Shown piece by piece: positions 10,187-18,960 of a DNA stretch of 64,000 bases. This DNA is from Paludibacteraceae bacterium. Lineage in GTDB: Bacteria; Bacteroidota; Bacteroidia; Bacteroidales; Paludibacteraceae. The stretch's first letter is position 1; the number at the start of each line of letters is the position of its first letter. The stretch covers positions 10,420-74,419 of the forward strand of contig JAFSTO010000032.1 in assembly GCA_017450435.1 (NCBI GenBank), read 5' to 3'. Position numbers and translations under genes: made by a program. The notes below the pieces were generated by a model. That model did no database searches. It was not told where the DNA came from and saw nothing but the letters and a program-made list of their open reading frames with translations.

Positions 10187-11686
10187 ATGGATGTTACAAC
10201 GATTATCATTATCACGGTGGTAGCACTTATTGTGCTTATTATCGCCTTGTCTTATGTTAAGACATCGCCTAATCAGGCTCTTGTCATCTCCGGTTGGCCG
10301 CGTAAGAGCCCGAAGTTCCTAATCGGTACCGGCGGCTTGCGTATTCCCGGTCTGCAAAAGGTTGACAGCCTGTATTTAGGACAGCTCTCGGTGGATATAA
10401 AGACTGACTCGTCTGTGCCTACTTCCGACTTTATTAACGTTGATGTTGATGCTGTAGCAAAGGTGCGTATTGCTCCTGAGCATATAGCGATAGCTGCGGC
10501 GAACTTCCTCGGCAAGACTCGTCAGGAGATTGCCTCTGAGATTCGTGACTCGCTGCAAGGTAACATGCGTGAGATAATCGGAACGCAGGACCTGCGCTCG
10601 CTCAACGTCGATCGTGACGGTTTCTCTAATCAGATTCAGGAGAAGGCAGCGCCGGATATGGCGAAACTCGGAATAGAAATTCTGAGCTGCAACATTCAGT
10701 CGATAACTGACAACGAGGGACTTATTCATGCTTTGGGAGCCGACAACACTTGTAAGATTACCAAGGATGCTTCCATCAACAAGGCCAATGCCGAGCGTGA
10801 CGTGGCCATAGCCCGTGCAGAGGCTTCCAAGCAGGCTAATGATGCTCGTGTGGCGGCTGAGACGGAGATAGCCATACGTAACACCGAGCTTGCCGTCAAG
10901 CAGGCAGACCTTAAGAAACAGGCGGATACACAGTCCGCTATCGCAGATGCGGCGTACGAAATTCAGAGGCAAGAGCAAGCCAAGGAAATCAATATCAAGA
11001 CCGTTGAGGCAGAGGCGGCACGCTCGATACGTCTGCAAGAGAGGCAGAAAGAAATCAATCGTCTGACGATAGAGGCAGAGGTGGAAAAAGCCAAGCAAGA
11101 GCAGTTGTTGCGTGAGCAGGAGATTGCTATTCAGGAGAAACGTCTCGATGCCGAGATTAACAAACAGGCAGATGCCGCTAAGTATCAGAAAGAGGTGGAG
11201 GCCGCGGCAGAATTAGAGCAGCGTAAGCGCAAGGCTGAGGCAGAACGCTATGAGGCAGAACAACAAGCGGCGGCCGTCAAAGCGCAGGCTGAGGCGGCAC
11301 TCTTCGCTAAGCAACAAGAGGCAGCAGGTATAAAAGCTGTGGGTGAAGCTGAAGCAGCGGCGATAAAAGCCAAAGGTGAAGCTGAAGCGGCAGCAATGGA
11401 TAAGAAAGCCGAAGCGTATAAGAAGTACAACGGTGCCGCTATTGCTGAGATGATGGTGAAGATTTTGCCGGAGATAGCCGCTAAGGTGGCTGAACCGCTA
11501 ACCAGCATCAACGACGTGCATGTATATGGAACAACGGGCTCGGAAGCCGCCGGAATAAGCGGCAATGTGCCGGTTGTGATGAGGCAAACGATGGAGGTTA
11601 TTAAAGAGGCTACCGGCGTGGATATGGCAAGCATAATGCAGAACAACAGTACTCTCATCGCCGGAGAAGCGAAGATTAAAAAGTAA
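10187..11686 (+). CDS. flotillin / SPFH (band 7) domain protein
   Basis: N-terminal TM segment, SPFH core, then a long A/E/K/Q-rich coiled coil (AEAERYEAEQQAAAVKAQAEAALFAKQQEAAGIKAVGEAEAAAIKAKGEAEAAA). Confidence 0.85.
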   Translation: MDVTTIIIITVVALIVLIIALSYVKTSPNQALVISGWPRKSPKFLIGTGGLRIPGLQKVDSLYLGQLSVDIKTDSSVPTSDFINVDVDAVAKVRIAPEHIAIAAANFLGKTRQEIASEIRDSLQGNMREIIGTQDLRSLNVDRDGFSNQIQEKAAPDMAKLGIEILSCNIQSITDNEGLIHALGADNTCKITKDASINKANAERDVAIARAEASKQANDARVAAETEIAIRNTELAVKQADLKKQADTQSAIADAAYEIQRQEQAKEINIKTVEAEAARSIRLQERQKEINRLTIEAEVEKAKQEQLLREQEIAIQEKRLDAEINKQADAAKYQKEVEAAAELEQRKRKAEAERYEAEQQAAAVKAQAEAALFAKQQEAAGIKAVGEAEAAAIKAKGEAEAAAMDKKAEAYKKYNGAAIAEMMVKILPEIAAKVAEPLTSINDVHVYGTTGSEAAGISGNVPVVMRQTMEVIKEATGVDMASIMQNNSTLIAGEAKIKK

Positions 11687-11733
11687 AACAGACTACTATC
11701 TGTAAACGGTTTTGATGCCGGCTGACATACATG

Positions 11734-11760
11734 ATATGCCGGCCGGCATATTTTATTTGT
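11734..11760 (+). terminator. intrinsic terminator after the flotillin gene
   Basis: ATATGCC-GGCC-GGCATAT hairpin (11734-11751) followed by TTTATTTGT. Confidence 0.6.
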
Positions 11761-11768
11761 TCATTTGC

Positions 11769-11799
11769 TTGCGGATATGGGAAAAATTGAGTAACTTTG
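11769..11799 (+). promoter_or_regulatory. Bacteroidetes-type promoter for the TamB-like gene
   Basis: CTTGCGG with TTG at 11769-11771, 20 nt spacer, TAACTTTG at 11792-11799. The ORF-track TTG start at 11797 lies inside this box. Confidence 0.55.
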
Positions 11800-11817
11800 C
11801 GCTGCAAAGTTATTATA

Positions 11818-14800
11818 ATGAAACTCTGGCAACGCATATTGGCTTCAATAGGCATCATACTACTATGTATGTTGCTTTGTCTTGGTATGCTTGTTGCTCT
11901 TATGCGTTCGGCTCGCGTGCAGACCGCTGCCTTGAGCGTGCTGTCTGAGCAGTTGACAAGAGGCTTGGGTGCGCGAGTGGATGTGGGGATGGTGAGCTAT
12001 AAGTTTCCGAACAGACTGCTCATTGAGCATGTTCTTGTGGAAGACAGGCAGCAGGATACGCTTCTTTATGTGGACACGTTGTCCGCCAGGGCGGATATGC
12101 TGAAGCTGCTGCGGGAAGACACGCTTTGTGTAAAGCAAGTGTCGCTCATCGGAGCATATTTTAACGCATACGTCGGAACGGACTCAAACATGAACTACCG
12201 GTTCCTTGCAGACGCTTTTGCAAGTGATAAGGAGAAAAACTCCGATTTTCATATCAACCTGCAGGTGCATGATATCCGTTTGCGTCGTCTTCGTACCCGT
12301 GTGCTTGATTGGCGTGGTTCGTTGCCGGCGGCAGACCTGCATGTGCATAACATTACTCCCAAACTCTTCGATGTGGAGATAGAGCGTCTGACGGGCATGG
12401 CGTATCACTATAACACGCCTTTCGACCTGCGTTCGGTAGAGGCACATCTGATAATCAATGACACGGTGGTTACTCTGCCCAAGCTTCATGCCGTTCTACC
12501 GATGTCTGACCTTCACGTGGAGCAGTTCGTCATCAACCGAGCCGATGCTAAACGCCTATATGAATCGTTGCCGCGTGACAGTATAACACGTACGAAGATG
12601 TTGGCGAAGGTGGCTGTCAATATGCGTGTTGACGAGGCTGTATTCACCCCTGCTGATTTTCGCGCGTTCTCGCCTGCCTTGGCATCTATGCGCCAACCGT
12701 GGATTCTGAGCGCCGACGTGCAGGGACGAGTGGACTCGCTGGAAGCTCACGGGCTGAGACTGCAATATCGGTATCAAGACCTCCTGCGCGGAGATATTGT
12801 TGCCTACGGGCTGCCGGCGGCTGACTCGCTTTATATTGAGGCGCAGTGTCAGGACTTTAGTGTCAACAAGGCTGTTCTGCAGGACATTCTCTCAGGCGTC
12901 AGAGGCAAGCCCGTGATACTGCCATCGTTGGTGGGAAGACTTGGAAACATACACTACAAAGGGGCATTGGCAGGCAGAGTGGATAATCTGATACTTAAGG
13001 GCGCATTCACTACAGCGCTCGGCAGTGTGCGTACCGACGGGCATGCCGTACTGCTGTTCCCCGAAGCGGATAGCCTGCGCAAAGAGACCAATATTGACGA
13101 TGTGACGGGTATTCGCTTCAACGGTAGCGTTTCTACAAAACGCTTCCATCTGGGCAAGGCTCTTGGCGTGGCTGAACTCGGAACGGTGGGACTGACAGTC
13201 AATGCCAATGGTGAGGTGGGGGAGAATAAGCCGTTTGAAGGAAAGGCGAAGGCGACAATCAATCACGCTACTTTCAGAGGATATACGTATCGCGACATCA
13301 CGGTGGACGGGCTGTTTAAAGACAAGATATTCAAAGGCGAACTGAACTCTGACGACGAGAATATAAATTTCAGTTTCAACGGCGAAATCCACCTTAGTGA
13401 ACAGTCTCCAAACTACAACTTTACCCTTGACCTTCGTCATTTCCGTCCGGGCCTGCTTAACCTCTCTGAAAAATACGCTGATAGCGACCTGAGGCTACGA
13501 TTACAGGTGGAGTTGAGCGGCTCCGACGTGAATCATATAGGCGGTTTTGCGACTGTCAACAACCTTTGTTTCTATCATAACGGTGACTCGCTTCGCATGC
13601 GCGAGTTTGTTATGAAGAACGAGGTCGGTGCGGGCGAGTTGCCTCACCGCACGCTGCGTATCGACTCGCGTTTCCTCACTGCATCCGTAACAGGAGACTA
13701 CAATCTTACTACATTAGGCAATGCCGTGATGCGACAGGCGGCGCACCATCTGCCCAGTGTGTTCCCCGAGCAAATGAGAGAAAAACTGTTGGCTGTGGAA
13801 ACGGGCAACTGTCTGGAGTTCTATGTCTATGGCCGTGACCTTGACCTTGTGTCCGACATTTTGGACTTGCCTGTTGTGCTGTACGACCGTCCTACGCTAA
13901 AGGGATACTTGTACGATGACGAAAGACGCGGTCTGTCGTTGCAAGCTGTGGTGCCTGACATGGAGGCGGGCAGTCATCATATAGAGAACCTGACCTTGTC
14001 GCTTGGCGGCGGCAATCGTGCGGCAGATGAGGCACTGCTGCTCTCGCTGTTCGCTATGCATCATCATGGAGATACACCGATTGCGGAGAACTTCGGCGAT
14101 ATCAATCTCTATCTGTCAGCTCGTGCTACAGGCGACTCGTTGGGAGTGATACTGAATTGGCTTAATCCCGACACTGTGCACAACGCCGGCGAACTGAACC
14201 TGAGAACGGTCTTCTCACGATATGCTGACGAACCCCTGATTACAGCGCGTATCATTCCGTCTGAAATTATCCTTTCTGACTCGTTGTGGCATGTAGGCGG
14301 GGCCCAAGTATCGTATTGCGCGGCGGATACCACTATAGGTATAGATAATTTCTATTTCGGTTCAGCCTCGCAGCATATCTATGCTGACGGCGTGTTGTCA
14401 ACCTCGGAGCAGGACACTATCTATGCGAAGCTTGAAAACGTTGACCTTGATTATATCCTCGGTGCACTGACCGACATACACAAGAGTTTGTACTTCGGCG
14501 GTACGGTGACGGGCTGGGCGAAGGCATACGGCATCCTGCGCAAGCCGATGTTTGAAGCAGAGGTGACGATGCTGCATGCGCATATCAACGAAGGTGAGAT
14601 AGGCGATGTGTATGCCACGGCAGGTCTGGACTCGCTTAACCACGTTATTATCAAAGGCGATGTGTACGATAGCAGGCTCGAGGGCAGACATGTGGTGCAT
14701 GTGGACGGCGAGGTAGGTATGCAAGGCGACTGGGGACTGATGATTTATCCTGACTCGGTGGACGTAAGTTTTGTCAACTATTGGTGCAAGGAGTTCCTGA

Positions 14801-16374
14801 CGGACCTGACAGGCAGAGCAACCGGAGCAGTACATGTCTGGGGACGGAACGACCCTGTTACACGCAAGCCAGGTACGTGGGTCAGCCTTACTGCCAAGGC
14901 GCATAATATAGGACTGACAATACCTTACACAGGAGGAAGGTATTTTGTCAACGACTCGGTCTTTATGGATTCGCTCTCGCTTTCGTTCCCAAGTATGACA
15001 CTGCATGACACTGAGGGTAACGAGTTGTTGCTTGACGGCAGGGTTTGGCATAATGGAGATTGGAAAGATATTCACTACGACATCAATGTTGATTCACACC
15101 ATGCCATTGTGCTGAATATCCCCACCTCAGAGGAACAGATGTACGGCGGCAAAGTGTATGCCGACGGACAGGTGTCGATACGTGGTGATGAACGCGACTG
15201 TAACATCGTAGCTAATGCCACGACCACAGCGGGAAGCAGCTTTGTGTTCTCCGTGGCGAGCGCAAGCTCTGCTTCGGATAATAGTTTTATAGAGTTTGTT
15301 GACCACTCAGAGGAAGAAAAGACCTTGCGTCTATCGAGAAGGGCTGCAAAACTAAAGAAGCAGGCGTCAACTCAACCTGCCGGGAGGGTGAATCTGACTC
15401 TTCAGGTGGATGTGACACCAACGACTGAAGTGTCGGTGCTTTTGGATAAGCATACGGGCGACAAACTGCGTGGCAGAGGCGAGGGGAGTCTGCGTATCAA
15501 TTATAGCGACCCCGGAGACGTTAGAATGTTGGGAACATTTACGTTGTTGCAGGGCACATTCGGATTTACGTTTCAGAATGTTATCCGTCGTGAGTTCCAA
15601 ATTGCGGGCGGCAGCTCTGCCACGTGGACAGGTAATCCGGAAACGCCAAGCTTGGATATACACGCAACATATAAGGTGACAGCATCGTTGCGCGACCTCT
15701 TCGGTAGCGATGTCAGCTCGGTCACCAATAGAGGTAGTGTTCCGGTCAACTGTGTTCTTAGCTTGTCAGGCGTTCTGACTAACCCGATTATTCGCTTTGG
15801 CATAGAACTACCTTCGTCTGACGAGTCAGTGGCTTCGCAGGTCAAGGGGATAATCAACACCGATGAGATGCTGATGAGGCAAGTGCTCTATCTGTTGGTG
15901 TTCAACCGTTTTTATACACCTGAATACTTGCAAAACACCTCAAATGTGGGGCTGAATGAGACCTACTCATTGATATCTTCCACCGTAACCGGACAAATCA
16001 ACTCGTGGCTCTCGCGCCTGACGGATATCGTTAGTGTCGGCTTTAATTTCCGTACTGACGGGCAAGGTGCCGAGTCGTCGCAGGAATACGAGGCGCAGTT
16101 TGAGATACACCCCGTTAGAGGATTGCTTATCAACGGTAATTTCGGGTATAGGTACAATGATATAAGCAACCAGCCGGTTTTTGGTAATCTTGATGTGGAG
16201 TATATGCTTACCAAGGACGGCAAACTGCGTGCCAAGGCTTATACTCATACGGTTGACAAGTATTCTCTGCGTCAGGCAAACACGGTGCAGGGCGTAGGTT
16301 TCGTCTTCAAGCATGACTTCAACTGGCCGGCACTGAAGAAGAAAAAGAAAGACAAAGAAACAAGTACGAAATAA
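11818..16374 (+). CDS. translocation/assembly module TamB-like giant inner-membrane-anchored protein
   Basis: About 1518 aa. Single N-terminal TM helix (MKLWQRILASIGIILLCMLLCLGMLVAL), long beta-rich body and a DUF490-like C-terminus. The start is set to the ATG at 11818, downstream of the promoter box. Confidence 0.72.
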   Translation: MKLWQRILASIGIILLCMLLCLGMLVALMRSARVQTAALSVLSEQLTRGLGARVDVGMVSYKFPNRLLIEHVLVEDRQQDTLLYVDTLSARADMLKLLREDTLCVKQVSLIGAYFNAYVGTDSNMNYRFLADAFASDKEKNSDFHINLQVHDIRLRRLRTRVLDWRGSLPAADLHVHNITPKLFDVEIERLTGMAYHYNTPFDLRSVEAHLIINDTVVTLPKLHAVLPMSDLHVEQFVINRADAKRLYESLPRDSITRTKMLAKVAVNMRVDEAVFTPADFRAFSPALASMRQPWILSADVQGRVDSLEAHGLRLQYRYQDLLRGDIVAYGLPAADSLYIEAQCQDFSVNKAVLQDILSGVRGKPVILPSLVGRLGNIHYKGALAGRVDNLILKGAFTTALGSVRTDGHAVLLFPEADSLRKETNIDDVTGIRFNGSVSTKRFHLGKALGVAELGTVGLTVNANGEVGENKPFEGKAKATINHATFRGYTYRDITVDGLFKDKIFKGELNSDDENINFSFNGEIHLSEQSPNYNFTLDLRHFRPGLLNLSEKYADSDLRLRLQVELSGSDVNHIGGFATVNNLCFYHNGDSLRMREFVMKNEVGAGELPHRTLRIDSRFLTASVTGDYNLTTLGNAVMRQAAHHLPSVFPEQMREKLLAVETGNCLEFYVYGRDLDLVSDILDLPVVLYDRPTLKGYLYDDERRGLSLQAVVPDMEAGSHHIENLTLSLGGGNRAADEALLLSLFAMHHHGDTPIAENFGDINLYLSARATGDSLGVILNWLNPDTVHNAGELNLRTVFSRYADEPLITARIIPSEIILSDSLWHVGGAQVSYCAADTTIGIDNFYFGSASQHIYADGVLSTSEQDTIYAKLENVDLDYILGALTDIHKSLYFGGTVTGWAKAYGILRKPMFEAEVTMLHAHINEGEIGDVYATAGLDSLNHVIIKGDVYDSRLEGRHVVHVDGEVGMQGDWGLMIYPDSVDVSFVNYWCKEFLTDLTGRATGAVHVWGRNDPVTRKPGTWVSLTAKAHNIGLTIPYTGGRYFVNDSVFMDSLSLSFPSMTLHDTEGNELLLDGRVWHNGDWKDIHYDINVDSHHAIVLNIPTSEEQMYGGKVYADGQVSIRGDERDCNIVANATTTAGSSFVFSVASASSASDNSFIEFVDHSEEEKTLRLSRRAAKLKKQASTQPAGRVNLTLQVDVTPTTEVSVLLDKHTGDKLRGRGEGSLRINYSDPGDVRMLGTFTLLQGTFGFTFQNVIRREFQIAGGSSATWTGNPETPSLDIHATYKVTASLRDLFGSDVSSVTNRGSVPVNCVLSLSGVLTNPIIRFGIELPSSDESVASQVKGIINTDEMLMRQVLYLLVFNRFYTPEYLQNTSNVGLNETYSLISSTVTGQINSWLSRLTDIVSVGFNFRTDGQGAESSQEYEAQFEIHPVRGLLINGNFGYRYNDISNQPVFGNLDVEYMLTKDGKLRAKAYTHTVDKYSLRQANTVQGVGFVFKHDFNWPALKKKKKDKETSTK

Positions 16375-16415
16375 CGTCATTACGTCATCAGGACATTACG
16401 TCATTATAATCATTA
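16375..16415 (+). repeat. five 8-nt periodic units (CGTCATTA CGTCATCA GGACATTA CGTCATTA TAATCATTA) filling the intergenic leader
   Basis: Read directly. The tract starts right after the TamB-like stop (16372-16374) and ends 7 nt before the ATG at 16423. Confidence 0.65.
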
Positions 16416-16422
16416 TTTTTTT

Positions 16423-18012
16423 ATGTTAGTCAAGTCATTCGGAGCTGCTGTTATAGGAATTGATGCTGTGCCTATCACTATAGAGGTGGCAACACTGAAC
16501 GGCGGCGATTACACTCTTGTCGGTCTGCCTGATAACGCCGTTAAGGAGAGCCGTGAGCGTGTGGCTTCCGCTATACATGTGTCGGGTTATAACATGCCCC
16601 GCAAGTCGATTGTTATCAACATGGCACCTGCTGATATCCGCAAGGAGGGTGCGGCGTACGATTTACCTATCGCTATCGGTATTCTCGCCTCCGATGAACA
16701 GGTGCCTACGTTGAGACTTGACGAATATATGATGATGGGTGAGTTGTCGCTTGACGGGTCTTTGCAAGCGGTTAAGGGGGTGTTGCCGATGGCTATTTGT
16801 GCAAAACAGGAGGGATACAAAGGAATCATAGTACCGTATGCCAACGCCGAGGAAGCCGCTGTGGTCAGCGGATTAGACGTGATTGCTGCAGTTAACCTGA
16901 GAGAAGTGGTGCTTTTCCTCGCGGGAATGCAGGAGATAGAGCCTACGGTGGTGGATATTGAGTCGGAGTTTGGCGAAAGGGCGTTTGCCGCTGATATGGA
17001 TTTTGCCGATGTACGCGGTCAGCAGAACGTCAAACGCGCGTTGGAGATAGCGGCTGCGGGAGGACATAACATCATCATGGTGGGACCTCCGGGTGCCGGC
17101 AAGTCAATGATGGCTAAGCGCCTGCCATCGATTCTTCCGCCACTGACATTGGACGAAGCCTTGGAAACGACTAAAATACACTCAGTTGCAGGCTTGCTGA
17201 ATCATACTAACCAAAGTGTGTCATCGTCTGCTCACCTGCGCGAGCAACGCGAATCCGGCTGCCACTTGGTGACGCAGCGTCCCTTCCGCTCACCGCACCA
17301 TACTATAACTGATGTGGCGTTGATAGGAGGCGGCTCTAATCCGAGACCGGGGGAAATCTCGCTGGCGCATAATGGTGTGCTGTTTCTTGACGAACTGCCG
17401 GAATACAAGCGCACGGTGTTGGAGGTGATGCGCCAGCCGTTAGAGGATAGGCGTATATGTGTCAACAGGGCGAAGATGTCGGTGGAATATCCGGCGTCGT
17501 TCATGCTGGTAGCTGCTATGAACCCGTGTCCGTGTGGTCATTATGGTGACCCTACTCGCCAATGCACCTGTACTCCGGCACAGATACACCGTTATCTAAG
17601 TCGTATCAGCGGACCGCTGCTTGACCGTATCGACCTGCAGATAGAGATATCAGCAGTGCCGCTTACTGAATTGCAAAAACAGGAACAGAGCGAACCGTCT
17701 GCTGCTATCAGGGAGAGGGTTATGCGGGCAAGAAAACTACAAGCTGAGCGTTTCAAGGACGAGCATGGCGTGCACTGCAATGCACAGATGTCTGCGCGTA
17801 TGTTGAGGAAGTTCTGTGTGCTTGGCGACAGCGAGCAACATATCCTGAATATGGCGATGGAGCGTATGGCGCTGTCGGCACGGGCATACGAGCGTATCTT
17901 GAAGGTGGCTCGAACCATTGCCGACCTCGCAGGAGAGGAACGTATCACAACTGCTCACCTGGCAGAGGCAGTGCAGTATCGCAACCTTGACCGTGATACA
18001 TGGGGAGGATAA
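16423..18012 (+). CDS. YifB/ComM family Mg-chelatase-like AAA+ ATPase
   Basis: Walker A MVGPPGAGKSMMAKR, Walker B GVLFLDELPE, RPFRSPHHT motif, Cys cluster NPCPCGHYGDPTRQCTC. Confidence 0.9.
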   Translation: MLVKSFGAAVIGIDAVPITIEVATLNGGDYTLVGLPDNAVKESRERVASAIHVSGYNMPRKSIVINMAPADIRKEGAAYDLPIAIGILASDEQVPTLRLDEYMMMGELSLDGSLQAVKGVLPMAICAKQEGYKGIIVPYANAEEAAVVSGLDVIAAVNLREVVLFLAGMQEIEPTVVDIESEFGERAFAADMDFADVRGQQNVKRALEIAAAGGHNIIMVGPPGAGKSMMAKRLPSILPPLTLDEALETTKIHSVAGLLNHTNQSVSSSAHLREQRESGCHLVTQRPFRSPHHTITDVALIGGGSNPRPGEISLAHNGVLFLDELPEYKRTVLEVMRQPLEDRRICVNRAKMSVEYPASFMLVAAMNPCPCGHYGDPTRQCTCTPAQIHRYLSRISGPLLDRIDLQIEISAVPLTELQKQEQSEPSAAIRERVMRARKLQAERFKDEHGVHCNAQMSARMLRKFCVLGDSEQHILNMAMERMALSARAYERILKVARTIADLAGEERITTAHLAEAVQYRNLDRDTWGG

Positions 18013-18026
18013 AGAGGATGAGAAGC

Positions 18027-18920
18027 TTAATTGAACGGCATACAGCGACACGGACCCGTGTTGCGTGACTTGTTCTTATGAGGGAATATGACCGACAGCC
18101 TGACGCCTATGCGCAGGCTGTTTGCTTTATTAGTGAGTCCGCCTAATGTGTGGTGTGCCTCAAGCGGAGTGAGCATATCCTCGTCGTTGAACGTGGCGGG
18201 ATAGCTGAAGGCGGAGGGCTGACTGCTGACAGCTGACAGCTGACCGCTGATGGCCGACAGCAACCCGTAGTCGGCAAACAGAGCAATGGCAAAGGCGGTA
18301 TTGCTTTGCATGCGGGCAAACAGATAGCCTATTTCGGCTGATAGTAGTACGTCGGTCCTTGTTCGCGGAATGCTTTTCCAGCGGCGAGGCGCAGACGAGA
18401 AGTACTGGTGTTCGGGCATAGAGGTGAACGGGTCAAGAAAATGCGGGTAGTCGCCGTAGGTGCTTACGTCGGCGCTTATGTCACCTGAGCTGTGAAGAGG
18501 CACTGACAAGGTGGCGCCTACCAGAAAATAAACGGGGTTGAACATTGCTCCTACTCTGAGAGGTACGCCAAGTCGATATGCCGTCAGACCGTCTCGTCTT
18601 CCGGTTATGTCATATACGAAAGTGAAGCGGTAGCCGTCTCTGTCAACCGACTCCGGCATCTCGTGATGAGCATCTGCCGTGCGGAAAACGGTGCGGCTTG
18701 CACTTAGTTCTACACCTGTTCCGATAAGAAAATGCCCTACTCGCAGGGTATAGCCGCCGGCAACGGCACCATCTATTCCCAAAGAGGTGCCTTGCTGTGT
18801 CAGAAGCGACGACTCCGCTACGGAGAGACCTATGCCGGGATAATGCCACACATCGGCACCGGCTGCTATTGCAGATGCCATAAGCAGCAGAATGATGCAG
18901 ATATGTTTGTTGTTCGTCAT
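18027..18920 (-). CDS. outer-membrane beta-barrel candidate (hypothetical), last gene of the giant-paralog operon
   Basis: Signal peptide MTNNKHICIILLLMASAIAAGA. Alternating hydrophobic beta-strand pattern rich in G/Y/F/R. No PorP/SprF N-terminal motif seen. Coding looks secure, but function is unknown. Confidence 0.5.
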   Translation of the reverse strand: MTNNKHICIILLLMASAIAAGADVWHYPGIGLSVAESSLLTQQGTSLGIDGAVAGGYTLRVGHFLIGTGVELSASRTVFRTADAHHEMPESVDRDGYRFTFVYDITGRRDGLTAYRLGVPLRVGAMFNPVYFLVGATLSVPLHSSGDISADVSTYGDYPHFLDPFTSMPEHQYFSSAPRRWKSIPRTRTDVLLSAEIGYLFARMQSNTAFAIALFADYGLLSAISGQLSAVSSQPSAFSYPATFNDEDMLTPLEAHHTLGGLTNKANSLRIGVRLSVIFPHKNKSRNTGPCRCMPFN

Positions 18921-18960
18921 TCCGTCATTACGTTATTCCGTTATTCCGTTATTCCGTCAC
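18921..18960 (-). repeat. five 8-nt periodic units (+ strand TCCGTCAT TACGTTAT TCCGTTAT TCCGTTAT TCCGTCAC) between the 966-aa gene stop and the beta-barrel start
   Basis: Read directly. The tract fills the whole 36-nt gap and runs into the TGA stop at 18957-18959. Confidence 0.65.

Noticed and set aside
10376-11098. 240-aa ORF on the - strand inside the flotillin gene
   Set aside because: It is the antisense frame of the A/E/K-rich coiled-coil region, which is naturally poor in stop codons on the opposite strand. It has no recognisable features.
14398-15075. 225-aa - strand ORF inside the TamB-like gene; similar cases are 12892-13440, 62455-63105 and 40216-40815
   Set aside because: All are shadow ORFs antisense to well-supported long genes, and none contains a recognisable domain.
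17190-17290. ~20-aa insertion (NHTNQSVSSSAHLREQRESGC) in the YifB/ComM ATPase before the RPFRSPHHT motif
   Set aside because: It probably lies in a variable surface loop. I cannot judge its rarity without an alignment, so it does not merit a separate finding.
18027-18920. PorP/SprF-family T9SS outer-membrane partner for the giant paralogs
   Set aside because: The size (~300 aa) and position fit. However, the characteristic N-terminal PorP/SprF signature (QQDP.FSQY-like, as I remember it) is absent. I kept it as a generic beta-barrel candidate pending an HMM test.
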